A DNA stretch of 64,000 bases, taken from NCBI RefSeq assembly GCF_004010195.1, contig NC_057719.1, positions 58,215,823-58,279,822 on the forward strand, given 5' to 3'. Every line of letters begins with the position of its first letter. The first letter of the stretch is position 1. The DNA comes from Chiloscyllium plagiosum (taxonomy: Eukaryota). Both the position numbers and the translations under genes were made by a program. Shown in pieces: positions 50,560 through 64,000 of this stretch. A model generated the notes under the pieces. The model was not told the DNA's origin. It ran no database searches and saw nothing but the letters and a program-made list of their open reading frames with translations.

Positions 50560-52025
50560 TATCATCGATAACCACAGGTGAGGTGCCAGAAAATGAGAGG
50601 TTGGCTAATGCGGTGTCACTATTTAAGAAAGGTGGCAAGGAAAAAAAAACAGGAAACTACAGACAAGTGAGCCTGACTTCCCATTGGGCAAGTTGTTGGA
50701 GGGGATTCTGAGGGACATGATTTACGTGTATTTGGATAGGCAAGGACTGATTAGGGATAGTCAACATGGCTTTGTGCGTGGCAAATCATGACTCACTAAC
50801 TTGATTGAGTTTTTTGAAGAAGTTTAAAGGGTTGAATGGTTTGAGCGAGAGGGAGGTGCTGAATATGCTGGGGTTGTTTTCCCTGGAGCATTGGAGGCTG
50901 AGGGGTAACCTTAAAGAGGTTTATAAAAATCATGACGAGCATGGGTAGGGGAAGTAGCCAAGGTCTTTTCCCTGGGGTGGGGTTGGCCATAACTAAAGGG
51001 CATAGGTTTAGGGTGAGAGAGGAAAGATTTAAAAGGAACCAAAGGAACAACTTTTCACGCAAAGGGTGGTGCACATACAGAATAATCTGCCGGAAGAAGT
51101 GGTGGCTGGTACAATTACAACATTTAAAAGGCCACTGGATGGGTATGTGAATAGGAAAGGTTTAGAGGGATACGGGCTAAGTGCTGGTAAATGGGACTAA
51201 ATTAATTTAGAATATCTGGTCAGTATGGATGCGTTGGACTGAAAGGTCTGTTTCTGTGCTGTACATCTCTGTGACTTTAAGTAACAAAGAGGATCAATGA
51301 AAGCAGAGTAGTGAATGTGATCTATATTGACATCAGTACGACATTCAACAAGGTTCCTATAACAGACTGGTTAGCAAAGTTAGATCACATGGAATACAGG
51401 GAGAAATAGCCATTTGGATACAGAAGTGGCTCGAAGGTAGAGGACAGAGGGTGGAGAGTTGCCTTTCAGACTGGAGGCCTGTGACCAGTGGTGTGCTACA
51501 AGGATTAGTGCTCGCCGGAGGAGAAAGTGAGGTCTGCAGATGCTGGAGATCAAAGTTGAAACTTTATTGCTGGAACAGCACAGCAGGTCAGGCAGCATCC
51601 AGGGAACAGGAGATTCGACGTTTCGGGCACAGGCCCTTCAGGGCCTGTGCCCGAAACGTCGAATCTCCTGTTCCCTGGATGCTGCCTGACCTGCTGTGCT
51701 GTTCCAGCAATAAAGTTTCAACTTAGTGCTCGCCCACTGCTTTTCATCATTTATACAAATTATTTGTATGTAAACATAGCAGGTAGAGTTAATAAGTTTG
51801 CAGATGACACCAAAATTGGAGATGTTGTGGAGCTGCCAGAGGAAGTGGTGGAATGTGGAACAATTACAACACTTATAAGGCATCTTAATGGGTATATGAA
51901 TATGGACGGTTTAGAGGGAAATGGGCCAAATGCTGGGAAATGGGACTAGATGAATATCAGATATCTATTCGGCATGGACGAGTTGGACTGAAGGATCTGT
52001 TTCCATGCTGTTTCTATGACTCTGA
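50560..52025 (+). mobile_element. CR1 RT and 3' fragment with a second CR1 3' end nested at ~50828-51277 and a Penelope hairpin
   Basis: RT breaks at gaagaagt and resumes at aagtaacaaagagg (51279); two CR1 3' UTRs. Confidence 0.8.
51517..51722. mobile_element. Young Penelope-derived near-perfect hairpin element
   Basis: Arms appear identical to those at 49155-49560; TSD ttagtgctcgcc at 51505-51516 and 51723-51734. Confidence 0.85.
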
Positions 52026-52265
52026 CTTTAAATTTGAAATCCATAGTTAGTCCTTCAAAGTACTGCTCTAGAAACTCATTTCATATACATACTCCAGGAA
52101 TTTATTTTCCACACCATGAAAGCAGATTAGGTTTACACAGTCTATGTTTAAACTGAGGTCACACATTATCACTGTATTATACACATTAAAAATGAACATG
52201 TAATTTCCTAATTTGTACCATGCCCAACATTACTATTACTGTTTGGTTGCTTATAAACATCTCGT

Positions 52266-52453
52266 GCTGAAAATGTGTTGCTGGTAAAGCGCAGCAGGTC
52301 AGGCAGCATCCAAGGAGCAGGAGAATCGATGTTTCGGGCCTCATGCCCGAAACGTTGATTCTCCTGCTCCTTGGATGCTGCCTGACCTGCTGCGCTTTTC
52401 CAGCAACACATTTTCAGCTCTGATCTCCAGCATCTGCAGTCCTCACTTTCTCC
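52266..52453. mobile_element. Penelope-derived hairpin element
   Basis: Inverted arms; TSD tataaacatctc(g/a)t at 52252-52265 and 52454-52467. Confidence 0.85.
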
Positions 52454-53129
52454 TATAAACATCTCATGCCCATGTTTACTACATTTTGTTGTTTCTTAGA
52501 TCCTCCCAAATTGATTAAACATATTGGCCCTTTCATCCAATACTCTCTTTCACTAATGTACACATCACATACTTTATTACAAGTACTATTCCACATCCTT
52601 TTCACTCATCCTTCCTCAAGGATAATATATACAGTTCACTTTGGACAAGGTTTTAGATGAGTTTTATCAGAAGTTATAATTGGGCCCAAGGTTTCTAACC
52701 TTTGAGTAGGACTATGTGGCAGCAGGGAGCAGAAAAGCAAACAGAAAACAGCACATCAACAAATAATGACTTGTCATTCAATTTTTTTGAATTATTGTAA
52801 CTGACTACAAGAAAATAAAGTGTTTATATATTGAGAGTCTTATTTCTGAGACCCTACAATTCCTCTGGATACTAATGTATGATATTTTTCTACAAGATCA
52901 ATCAAGGACGAATGAGAATGTTATATTAAAATGGTTACACTTTTGATAACTATGCTGAGATACAACCTTAACACATGAAACATGTAACAAATGTAGGCTT
53001 GCCAAATCAATCGTTGCCTTCCTGCAATGAGGTTTATCCATTTCTTCAGTACAAATTAGGTGCACTTCAGATAACTGTCAGTTATTTAACTTCAGATATA
53101 ATCCAATCCAATGAGATGAAAGTCTCTTA

Positions 53130-54185
53130 CATCTTCAACACCATAATCCCTTTCGGACTAATCTCAAAGCTCCGAGACCTAGGTCTTGGCTCCACCCTCT
53201 GCACTGGATCCTCAGCTTCCTGATCGACAGGCCACAATCAGTGAAGACAGGCAAGAGCACCTCGTCCACACCAGTCCCCGTCAAGGATGTGCTCTCAGCC
53301 CCCAACTGTATGCCCATGACTATGTAGTCAAATCCATATGAACACCATCTTCAATTTGTTGATGACACCATAGTGGTAGGTCAGATATCAAATGACGATG
53401 AGTCATACAGGGAGAAGGTAAAGTGCTTGGTGTCATGGTGCAGTGATAATAATCTCTCTCAATGTTGAAAATCAAAAGAACGGAGCATTGACTTCAGGCA
53501 GAGAGGAGCTGAAGCTGAGGGGGAGAGGGCAGATAGCATCAAGCTTCTAAGAGTGACGTTAATCAACAACCTGTCCTGGATCTCCCACATTGATGCAAGA
53601 AGGCTCAACAACACCTCTTGTTGTTCAGGCTGTGTAGGAAATTTGACATGTCCATAAGAACCTGCACCAAGATTTACTGATGCACCATAGACAGCACTTT
53701 ATCCGGGTGCATTACGACCTGGTATAGCAATTGCTCTGCCCAGGACCATAACAAATGAGAAAGTTATGTGCACAGCCTAGACCATTATGGAAGCCAACCT
53801 CCCATTCATGGACTCCATTTACACTTGTCTTTGCCAACATTATCAAACATCCCTTCCCTTTTGGTAATGTTCTCTTCCAACCTCTTCCATCAGGCAGAAG
53901 ATACAGAAGTTTAAACAAACACAACAACAGTGTCAAGAACAGCTTGGTCCTTGCTGTTATTAAACTGCTGAATGGACCTCTCTAACTTCAAGTAGTATTG
54001 ATTTTGCTAATGTTGATCTTGCGTTTTGCACCTCCTGTGCAGCTGTAACTCTGTATGCCTCACTGTCTCAGCACCCTATGATCTGTACATCCTTGCTTCT
54101 ATGATTTGGCTGTACTGCTCACAAAACAAAACTTTTCACTGTACTTGGGTACATGTGACTACAATAAATCAAATCAAATCAAATA
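53130..54185 (+). mobile_element. Rex1/Babar LINE 3' fragment
   Basis: FNTIIP..ISKLRDLGL, QGCALSP, FVDDT; (aaatc)n tail; homologous to 12778-13860. Confidence 0.8.
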
Positions 54186-55035
54186 GGATCCTAAATGATT
54201 TTAAGAAATCCTAATCCTTGTGCACATTCAGAATCTAAAGATTACAAAAGTATAGATTTTGAGAACTATAGTCAACTGAACAATTGTAATTCTAATGTTC
54301 TGGTACTGAAAATAACCAACCAATGTAAAAAAATCAATATACAGATCCAATGGTATTAAGTTGCTCTGTGTGAACTTTTATCTGGTGAAGCTTTTATCAA
54401 GAATGCTCCTCAGGAGTTTCCATTTGCTGCAAAAGATGAGACCTTCTCTTCCTTCTAAGTTCTATGTCTCTTGCATGAGTTACCACAAACATCAAAAAAA
54501 GCTTTTTTTTTTGTCAGGATGTGACTGAACCAAAAGGAACTTATTCCTTTTTTATATGGCTGTTGTATTATTGAGACCAGCTGAAAGTTGATGTAATTAA
54601 GGCCAGATTTTAGCATTGAAAGTTTAAGAAAAAATACCTCATGCTGTGGCATTAACAACCATCTCCTAATGTAACTATTAAATTAATATTGGGTGATAAC
54701 CATTACCATGAGCAAAAATAATTGAAAAGGAGCAAGTTTGCCACAATGCTATTTTAAGTGTTAATTGTGCCAGAAATGTACTGATCAACAAGTTTATGTA
54801 TTTATTTAGGCCCCAATTTCCAAAATTCAAAAAGTGAGCTGTTTACTTCCAGAAATCATTCTTGTATCCCTTAGTTAATAAAGCCAGTGTGATCCAGAGT
54901 AAGATTAATCACCAATTGAAGTGTAATAGTTCTGACATTTTCAGCAGGAGACAATAACAATAGAATTTACCAAAAATTGCTGAGAAGATGAACTATCATC
55001 CAGTTTTTCAGAATACATGTTCATTACTTAATTGC

Positions 55036-55066
55036 CGGGGGGGGGGGGGCGGGGGGGGGGGGGGGT
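55036..55066. repeat. Poly-G tract
   Basis: Direct reading. Confidence 0.85.
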
Positions 55067-56139
55067 CAGGGGTTGGAATATTGCAGTATTTATTTTCTTC
55101 CAGAAGTTTTTAAGCTTTATTGTTTAGCATAGATAGGAACACTTGAATTGTCCCCTACTTGTGCAGAGTATAAGGTATGCTGAGGCCAATACATAGAGCA
55201 ACCATTTCTCATCTATTAAATGTTGGCCTCAATGTTTTAGCTCAGAAATAAATATTAAGGGTTATACTCACCTCATAAGTCAGTGCATGGGATGAAATAG
55301 GGTATCTATCCAGAATAAATTAAATCGTGCCTGATCCATGTATAGAACCTGAGAGCAAGATTAAATATATGGATGTATTTTTAATCTCTATGTCAGGTTA
55401 CATGTGAATTCATTTCTACTGGGCTGTCAAATTACCACTGGATCTCTTTCTCATTAATTCACCATTGATTATTTCCACGTTTAACTCAAAACTGGAATGT
55501 AAACAAAAATATGGAAATCCATTTCAAGTACCTACATGATAAAGCCAAGAGTGAATCTGCACCACAGACTGTATACAACTAGGTTTCTATGCACAACTTT
55601 GTAATGATAGAGTTCGTTTTGCAAGATCATTGTATTTGTTCCAACTTGGACTGATCTCAGCCAGGAACCAATTCAAGTGAATGCATTCAGAATTTTGCTC
55701 CATCTACTGGATTGATGTATAATTACATTACATAGCCTTATTTCTTTGAAGAATCGCTAAATTATGAAAATGTGCTTCAGTGAGTCAGGAATTATTGCAA
55801 TACTTATTTAAAGCATTCCAGTAAGTCCTAAAAGTAAATATATTTTTGTGAGTACAGATATATACTTACTTTTTCACCTAACTTCAGCTCAAATTAAATT
55901 TATTTTCACAATCCTTGGAACTATGTCATCATAGACTCATGCTTAAGTGTTGCCGTGTGGCAACTGATCTTCTGTGAAATTCCTCATGAAGAAAAACCCT
56001 TTCTCTTTCTTGCCAGACCTGTTTCTTAGTTTTATTCTTACTGTATTCTTTTTATGCATCTTCCTATATAATTGTGTTTTTCCTTTTCCTTGCTACATGG
56101 TTAAATAATTGTGGGCCATTCTGGTGTCTACCATTCTGT

Positions 56140-56250
56140 TGAACATAGAACAGTACAGCACAGTACAGGTCCTTTGGCCCTTGATGTTGTACCGATCTTT
56201 TATCCTACTTTAAGATCAGATTAATTAATATACCCTTCATTTTGATGGCC
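56140..56250 (-). mobile_element. CR1 3'-end fragment
   Basis: gaacatagaacagtacagcacagtacagg tail, as at 62498. Confidence 0.6.
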
Positions 56251-57251
56251 TATTAGTTTCCTGCATTCTTTCTCTTGGAATTTCATCACTTGTGCATGCA
56301 ACAGAGATGGTAACAATCTAGTCAGGATAACCAATCTTTCAGATGAGTGCATGAGAAGCAAGGGAATATCATGGCTAGATTAAATCTCAGAGGTTTAAGG
56401 ATTGAAGCAAAGGTAATTAAAAGAGGTGTGTGGAGTAAAATTGTTTGGTATATTTAAGATAAGACAGATAAGCCATTTATTCTCAAATAATGTTTAATCT
56501 TTCACATTTATCACTAAGTAACTTATCAGTTTCAGAATATGCAGCAGAGGTTATGGCAAATCAATATATTCATTCAACATTGCCCCAAAAAACTTAGAGA
56601 TGTAATTAAGAATTTCACTTAGTAATATATATGTGGAACATGGATGTTTTTTTCCTAATTGAGTTTGAACAAAGGAAACATCTATATTTCTTCTATTTTC
56701 CACATATATAAGCCAATAACACTTTTTTAAATGATAAACAACAATGCAGATGGTTAGTGTATATGGAGTAATAAACCTGTTATTCTTGCCACCAACACTT
56801 CATCTTTTCCTTTGCCCTCCAACCCTTGAACATTCTTCACGATAACACCAAACAGTTGTTATCCTTTAGCAACCTGTTATAAAACTTTTGAACCTGGATT
56901 TTGTGATCCAAAAGCTGCAAATGCTGAGACATTTGGAGTCACAGAGCACTATAACAGAACCACAACTTCCGGAGAATTGACTTATGCTCGAAATCTGAAG
57001 TTCTGATTGAACATAGATGCTCCAGGGTAATCCATGATGATGGGGCCGTTCGGATCTGTCAGCATGTAAACTCAGTTGATTATCCCATACTTACAATGGT
57101 AAGTGTATTAATCTACTGCAGTCCGTTCAGCTATACAGTCCACAAATTTAGCAGGAGCATAAAAGGTCCCCAAAGCAACACCTATCATCTCCCCATCAAC
57201 CATACCTGATGGCAATATCAACTTTTCCATCACACCAATCCCCCACCTATA

Positions 57252-58155
57252 TAAAAGCAAATTACTGCGGATGCAGAATCTGAAACCAAAAGAGAAAATG
57301 CTGGAAAATCTCAGGTCTGGCAGCATTTGTAAGGAGAGAAAAGAGCTGACGTTTCGAGTCAAACTGACCCTTTGTCAAAGCTAAAAAAAGGAGAAATAGG
57401 GAGGTATTTATACTAGGCTGAGAGAAGGTAGGTCATGACTCCAGAAGCAAAGGTAGCAATAAAGAGGTGATAGAGAAATTATAAGGAGAATAGGAGCTGT
57501 GAATGACCAAGGCTGAAGCCAGTGCAATGTGACAAAATATGTGGGGGATGAGTGAAGCAGAGGCAAAATGGAAAACAGGGGAGAAGGTTAGCAAAGGAGG
57601 AAGAGGAGAGGAAATGGGTGATGAGAGAGTGGGGAGCGAGACAGAGAGACAATCAAGAAATAAGAGGTACAGAACAGTGAAAAAAAATTTAAAAAAAGGT
57701 AAATAAAATAAATGAAATAAAATTACGGAGCAGAATGAAAACAGAGGAGTCGAGATGGGATAAGCATCTGAAGTTGTTGAATTCAATGTTGAGACCGGCA
57801 GGCTGTAACATGCCTAATCAGAAGGTGAGATGCTGTTCCTCCAGTTTGCGTTGAGCTTCACTGGAACATTGCAGCAGGCCAAGGACGGACATGTGGGCAT
57901 GGGAGCAGGATTGTGTGTTGAAGTGGCAAGCCATGGGAAGGTCCGGGACCTGATTGCATACAGACCGAAGGTGCTCAGCAAAGCGATCACCTAGTTGGCA
58001 TTTTGTATCTCCGATATAGAGGAGACCACGTTGGGAGCAACGAATGCAATAGACTAAATTAAAAGAGATACAAGTGAAATGCTGCTTAATCTGAAATGAG
58101 TGTTTGGGGCCTTGGATGGTGAGCATGGAAAAGGTAAAGGGGCAGGTGTTGCACC
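57252..58155 (-). mobile_element. Penelope/Neptune-type element 3' part: GIY-YIG endonuclease and pseudo-LTR with degenerate hammerhead
   Basis: ORF 57818-58168 NLVYCIRCSQRGLLYIGDT..RFAEHLRSV..CHFN..RKLEEQHL; minus strand AGCT TTGACAA AGGGTC..GACTC GAAACGTC AGCT at ~57343-57382. Confidence 0.85.
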
Positions 58156-58609
58156 AATCCGCCCACACTGCCTCAACTACTCAATCCCAGCTAATTTAAA
58201 TAACGTGCTTTTGATTGTCTTGGTTCTAATTGTTTTTTTCCAGTCAGAATGGCAAAAATTGAAAGTAGATTTGATGACTTATGTCAGAAGAGAGGGGACG
58301 TTCGACGTCAACGAAGAAGGGCGATGATGAGAAATTGCAGGAATGATGAGGGCTGGATGCCAAAGGGTGGGTCTATAATTAGAATTCCATTGAGAAAAAT
58401 ATTTTAAATGATTAGAAATACTTGCTTGATGAAGAGCAGAGAGATGACACCACCATTTCCCCCTACCCCATTATCAATCCCTCCAAAAGCTGATGATGTC
58501 AAAGGAGACATGGCTTTGCTGGAATTCTGATTTGCTACTAGACTTCCACACTTAGTGATGCAGCCAAGTTGCAACCAAGCCTACAAAAAGTTAAGAATGC
58601 ATTTTAGGG

Positions 58610-59070
58610 AGCAAAGTAGTGCAGATATTGGAATCTGTACTGAAAACAACAAATGCTGGAGATCAGCATCCATGGAGAGAAAGCAAGCTAATATTTCGCG
58701 TCTAGATGACTCTTCATCAGAGCAGAAGTGAAGTGTGAAGGGGACAGCATCTCAGATACAGTTTAGGGTGGCAGAGTGTAGGGGTAGTGGGTGTAATCTT
58801 CCCTCCTAACCCCCACACCCCGGGTGACTGTCCTTTCAAGTCTGGCAGGAGACAGACGATTGTTCTGCCATTCTCACACTCTGATCACTTAATCTGAGCT
58901 ATCAACATCTTTTCTCCATCAGCACCCTACACCCACCACTCCCACAACCTCCCCATCCCAAACTATAGCATAAATGCTGTCCCCTCCACATTGCACTTCA
59001 GCGAGGAAGAAGGGTCATCGAGACTCAAAACATTAGCTTGCTCTCTCTCTCTATGGATGCTCTCTGACCA
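58610..59070. mobile_element. Penelope-like inverted terminal-repeat element, older family
   Basis: Inverted pairs gcatccat..gcaagctaat..gacagcat / atgctgtc..attagcttgc..atggatgc. Confidence 0.65.
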
Positions 59071-59274
59071 AAGAAGGCATTTAAAATTTGGACCAGTGAT
59101 ATATACCTCCTCTTTGCTGATAAACACAAGCCTTTGTCTTGTTAGATGATTTGGAGTTAGATGATTTTTGGTTAGGCTTTTATTTTATGATTAAAAGGCT
59201 GCAACTTCAACTTTGAGAGGAAAGGGATGTTTATTTCCTATTTATTTCTTCAATCCATGCTTCCACTATTTTTG

Positions 59275-59366
59275 ATTCCTGAAGAAGGGCTTATGCCCGA
59301 AACGTCGATTCTCCTGTTCCCTGGATGCTGCCTGACCTGCTGCGCTTTTCCAGCAACACATTTTCA
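59275..59366 (+). mobile_element. Single-arm Penelope mini-element with intact hammerhead core
   Basis: attc CTGAAGA a GGGC ttat GCCC GAAACGTC gatt; perfect 16-bp direct repeat gcttccactatttttg at 59259-59274 and 59367-59382. Confidence 0.85.
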
Positions 59367-61344
59367 GCTTCCACTATTTTTGCCCGACTTGGACTGAGCA
59401 ACCTATCTTCTTAACAAAGTGCCTATATGGGTATGTATGCTTCTCCACTGGTTCTGAGCCAATTGGGTGCCACTTTTCTACGATTAAATTTACCATATTG
59501 TGAGAAATGTTGTGGATTTTGCACATTTTAATGAAGGCCCTGGTGAACATTAATTTCTGGAAATCCATAAACTTAATATTCTGTCCAAGTACAGTACAGC
59601 AACATGACCAGGTGTCAAATGGACAATTTTAACTTCTTGAAATTGTTCAGCACTCGCAAGCAGGTAACTGCCAGATGGAAAAAGTCCACAGAAACCAAAG
59701 CTTAGTGTGTGCATGGCTAATCTAGACATTCATACAGCATAACTGATTCTTCTTGATTTTCTCAATTTCATTATTACACAAACCAAACAAAATTCACAAC
59801 TTTGTTAGCTTTCCATATGATGCCAGGGAGTTGCACTGTGCCATTGTGTACTCATGGTTTCCTTGCCATTTAATATTTGCTGCATTCCCTTTTATCTTAC
59901 CTCAGAGATTCCATTTTGTTAATACTCCAACCCTCCCTTCCTAGTACAACCTAAAACATCAACATGAAATGTTAAAATTATTTCTCTCTCCACAAATGGT
60001 GCTTGCTCTATTAGGAATTTATAGCATTTTCTTTCAGATTTCCAGCAACAGCTGTATTTTGTTTCTATATTAGGGTTAAACTCACTGGCACTACCAGGAA
60101 ACTTGAAGTCATTCCCTTTTTCTCTGTAATAGGATTTCTGTTTGTTACTTTAATCTTAACTCATATCTCATGCTTTCCACTTTCTTTCTTGTGTTTGATC
60201 AGTATTTATCAAGAACTTGTTTGAAACCACAGCTCTCTCCTCAGCAACTCTGATTTATTGCACATGGATTCCAAATGAAAACCACCCTTGTAGCCACAAT
60301 TACAGGTATTGCAGCATTTCTTAAATGTTTGTTCGTAAATGTTTGTTCTTGGTGTATCCAGGGATCTACTGCTCAGTGACATGCATGGTCTCAACAGCCT
60401 TAAACTGTGAAACCTCTGCCATTTAATCTGTCTTCCCTTTCACAATTTGAAAGGTTTTCCTTCCTTTCTTTTTCTTACCCTCACACCTTCATTTATTTAT
60501 TCCCTAAACAATCTCCAACTTTACCCAGTTCTGATGAGCATTTCCTGAATTCTTTTTCTCTCTTCACAGATACTGTCAGGTTTGAAGATGCAACAACAAA
60601 ATAATATGGCTATTCAAAATTGAAGTACACTGTGAGTAAAGTCAAGTGTAAAATTTTGTCTTTTAGAATGCTAATAGAAATCGAACAATTTGACTGATTA
60701 ATTTGTCAAGCATCTCCTCGATTGCAGTAATATAACAGATGAAGTTCAAACTGAATATGACCATTTCCAGTACATTTCTCATTTCAGTGATATTTTTCAA
60801 ATTGGCTTTTGGTACAGCTTCATGTTGAGTTCGGTACGAATTTTGAAAAAAAAATCAAATCAGAACAGAAGGGGTTATTCTTGCTAAATGGACATTTGTA
60901 ATAAGTAAATGTAAGACATTTCTTTTTAGCTCTATTAAAATCTTTAATTGGACATCACACTCCAGCTTGTGAGATAAAAACAACAAATGTGGACAAACAA
61001 CTTCAGATATTTTGAATGCTTAATATTATTTTGTCAGATAATAGCTTATATTTAAATAACAACCCAAAAACAAAAAGTATGGTATTGAAACAAATAGGTA
61101 ATTATTGGTCAGGTGACCAAAGGGCAAGTCATTAATTTTGCATGAAAAAAAGCAAACATTGCTGTAAAAATCAGGTCTTGCAGCATTAGTGGAGAGAAGG
61201 CAGAGTTAACAGACTCGTCCTGAAGAGTCACTGGACCTGAAATATTAATTCTGCCGAGTTTTTTCATCAATTTGTATTTTTGTTTCTGACTTTCAACATC
61301 CACTGTTCTTCATTTTTTTTTTGTAAATGAATTTTGCATTGCTG

Positions 61345-62497
61345 AACGTGGGGAAATAGATGGTGACATCTTGAAAAATGTCCATATTACAGAGGTGGCG
61401 GTGCTGGATGTCTTGAAATGCATAAAAGTAGATAAATCCCCAGGACCTGATCAGATGTACCCTAGAAGTCTGTGGCAAGCTCGTGAAGTGAATGCTGAGC
61501 CCCTTCCTGAGATATTTGTATCATCAGAAGTCATAGGGGAGGTGCCGGAAGACTGGAGATTGGCTAATGTGGTCCCACTATTTAAGAAAGGTGGTAAGGA
61601 CAAGCCAGGGAACTATAGACCAGTGAGCCTGAAGTTGGTGGTGGGCAGGTTATTGAAGGAAATCCCGAGGGACAGAATGTCCATGTATTTGGAAAGGCAA
61701 GAAATGATTAGGGATAGTCAGCATGCCTTTGTGCATGGGAAATCATGTCACATGAACAGTTTTTTGAAGTAACAAAGAGGATCGATGCGGGCAGAGTAGT
61801 GGACATGATCTATATGAACTTCAGTAAGGCATTCAACAAGGTTACCCACAGGGGACTGGTTTGCAAGGTTAGATTGTATGGAATACAGGGAGAACTAGGC
61901 ATTTAGATACAGAACTGGAGGTAGAAGATAGAGGGTGGTGGTGGTGGAGTGTTGTTTTTCAGACTGGAAGCTTGTGACCAGTGATGTGCCACAAGGATTG
62001 GTGCTGGGTCCACTGCTTTTCATCATTTATATAAATGATTTGGATATGAACATAGGAGGTATGGTTAGCAAGTTTGCAGATGACACCAAAATTGGAGGTG
62101 TAGTGGACAGCGAAGAAGGTTACCTCAGAGGACAACGGGATCTTGATCAACTGGGCCAATGGGCTGACGAGAGGCAGATAGAGTTTAATTTAGATAAACG
62201 AAAGGTGCTGTATTTTGGGAAAGCAAATCAGAGCAGGATTTATGCACTTAATGGTAAGATCCTAGGGAGTGTTGCTGAACAAAAAGACCTTGGTGTGCAG
62301 GTTCATAGTTCCTTGGAAGTAGAATTGCAGGTAGACAGGATAGTGCAGGTGTTTAGTATCCTTTCCTTTAATGGTCAGAGCACTGAGTATTGGAGTTGTG
62401 AGGTCATGTTGCAGCTGTACAGGACATTGGTTAGGCCACTTTTGAAATACTGCATGCAATTCTGGTCTCCCTGCTATAGGAAGGATGTTGCGAAACT
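61345..62497 (+). mobile_element. CR1 RT fragment
   Basis: ORFs 61371-61772 and 61935-62507 (KPGNYRPVSL, PQG, SKFADDTK). Confidence 0.9.
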
Positions 62498-64000
62498 CAG
62501 AACATAGAACAATAGAGTGCAGAACAGGCCCTTTAGCCCTGTTTAAATGCCCCTAAAGTGGCTGAGTTAACTAGCAGGCAGGGCATTCCAAGCCTTTACT
62601 ACTCTCTGAGTAAAGATCCTGCCTCAAATCTATTACCGCTCAGTTTGCAGCTATGTCCCCCTCCTAAAAGATGATGTCATCATCCTTGGAAAAAGACTCT
62701 CACTGTCCACCTTATCTAATCCTCTGATCATCTTGTATGTCTCTATTAAATCTCCTCTTAGCCGCCTTCTCTCCAATGAGAACAGACCCAAGTCCCTCAG
62801 TCTTTCCTCAATCGACCTTCGATCCAGACCAGCCAATATCCTGGTAAATCTCCTCTGCACCTTTTCCAATGCTTCCACATCCTTTCTGTAATGGGGCAAC
62901 CAGAGCTGCACACAATATCCAAGTGAGGCCGCACTAGCATTTTGTACAGTTGCAGCATGACATCACAGCCCCGGAAATTAATCTCTCTACCAATAAAAGC
63001 TAACACACCGTATACCTTCTTAACAGCACTATCAACTTGGGTGGCAACTTTCAGGGATCTATGTACATGGACACCACGATCCCTCTACACATCTACGCCA
63101 CCAAGAATCTTTCCATTGACCCAGTATTCTGCTTTCCTGTAATTCTTTCCAATGTGAAACACCTCACATTTATCTGCATTGAACTCGACTTGCCTCCTTT
63201 CAGCCCAGTTCTGCAGTTTATCTAAGTCCCCCTGCAAACTGCAACATTCTTCCACACTGTCCACCACTCCACCGATTTTAGTATCATCTGCAAACTTACT
63301 ACCCATCCACCTATGCTTGCATCCAAGTCATTTATAAAAATGACAAACAGCAGTGGTCGCAAAACATCCTTGTGGCACACCACTAATAATTGGACTCCAG
63401 GCTGAATATTTTCCATCAACGATCACTTGTTGTCTTCTTACAGAAAGTTAGTTTCTAATCCAAACTGCTAAATCACGTTCAATCTCATGCCTCTACATTT
63501 TCTCCAGTAGCCTACCATGTGGAACTTTACCAAAAGCTTTGCTGAAGTCCATGTACACCACATCAATTGCCCTATCCTCATCCATATGCTTGGTCACCTT
63601 CTCAAAAAATTCAATGAGGTTTGTGAGACATGATCTGCCCTTGATGAAACCATGTTGACTATCTCCAATCAAACTGTTGCTTGCTAGGTGATTGTAAATC
63701 CTATCTCTTATAATCATTTCCAAAACTTTTCCTACAACAGATATAAGGCTCACTGGTCTATAATTACCTGGGTCATCTCTACTGCCCTTTTGCAATCCTC
63801 CAGCCCTCTGGTACTAAACCTATGGACAACGATGACTTAAAAGTCAAGGCCAAAGGTTTTGCCAACTCCTCCCCAGCTTCCCAGAGAATCCACGGATAAA
63901 TCTAATCTGGCCTCTACTTTCACACCTAGAAGTGATAACACCTCCCTCCTTACTAACCTCAATCCTTTCTAGTCTAATAGCCTGTACGTCAGTTTTCTCC
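62498..64000 (-). mobile_element. CR1 RT and 3' end, different subfamily, abutting the previous copy; runs off the window
   Basis: ORFs 63493-63795, 63085-63306 and 62651-62911; agaacatagaac tail. Confidence 0.9.

Noticed and set aside
56870..57110. GC-richer segment ending in ATG/GTAAGT, resembling an exon
   Set aside because: No recognisable peptide; ACTTACAATGGTAAGT is a near-palindrome, more suggestive of an unclassified repeat
5353..59366. Recurring short palindromic repeats considered as a CRISPR-like array or pre-miRNAs
   Set aside because: They are dispersed, each has its own TSD, the context is vertebrate, and Penelope terminal repeats explain them
60203..60305. Possible 103-nt plus-strand exon (good pyrimidine tract, AG...GTATTG; one open frame FIKNLFETTALSSATLIYCTWIPNENHPCSHNY)
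   Set aside because: No recognisable protein, a weak donor and no partner exons; such hits are expected by chance in 64 kb

Overview
Repeat-dense, apparently intronic or intergenic DNA from a cartilaginous fish (shark-type: HE1/V-SINEs plus abundant CR1 and Penelope-like elements). No host exon can be supported, and nearly every ORF in the track is a decayed retroelement fragment or antisense noise. Main contents: (1) A minus-strand Gmr1-type Gypsy LTR retrotransposon (1-7906) with a tRNA-Pro PBS, a SCAN-like gag and integrase placed before RT. (2) A complete but decayed class-I-like endogenous retrovirus (34384-46678) with paired ~700-bp LTRs, an ACCA TSD, a tRNA-Leu PBS and gag-pol-env; it is interrupted by a full-length CR1 and by Penelope-derived inserts. 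(3) Many CR1, Rex1/Babar, L2 and RTE LINE fragments, plus a Tigger/pogo-like MITE. (4) Several families of Penelope-derived short hairpin elements with minimal hammerhead-ribozyme cores and 12-16-bp TSDs. The most striking observation is the ERV env TM subunit, which the ORF track misses because of stop codons. It aligns by eye without gaps to the filovirus GP2 ectodomain: a Cys-bounded internal fusion loop, LICGL, both N-glycan sequons, and a Trp-rich membrane-proximal region.
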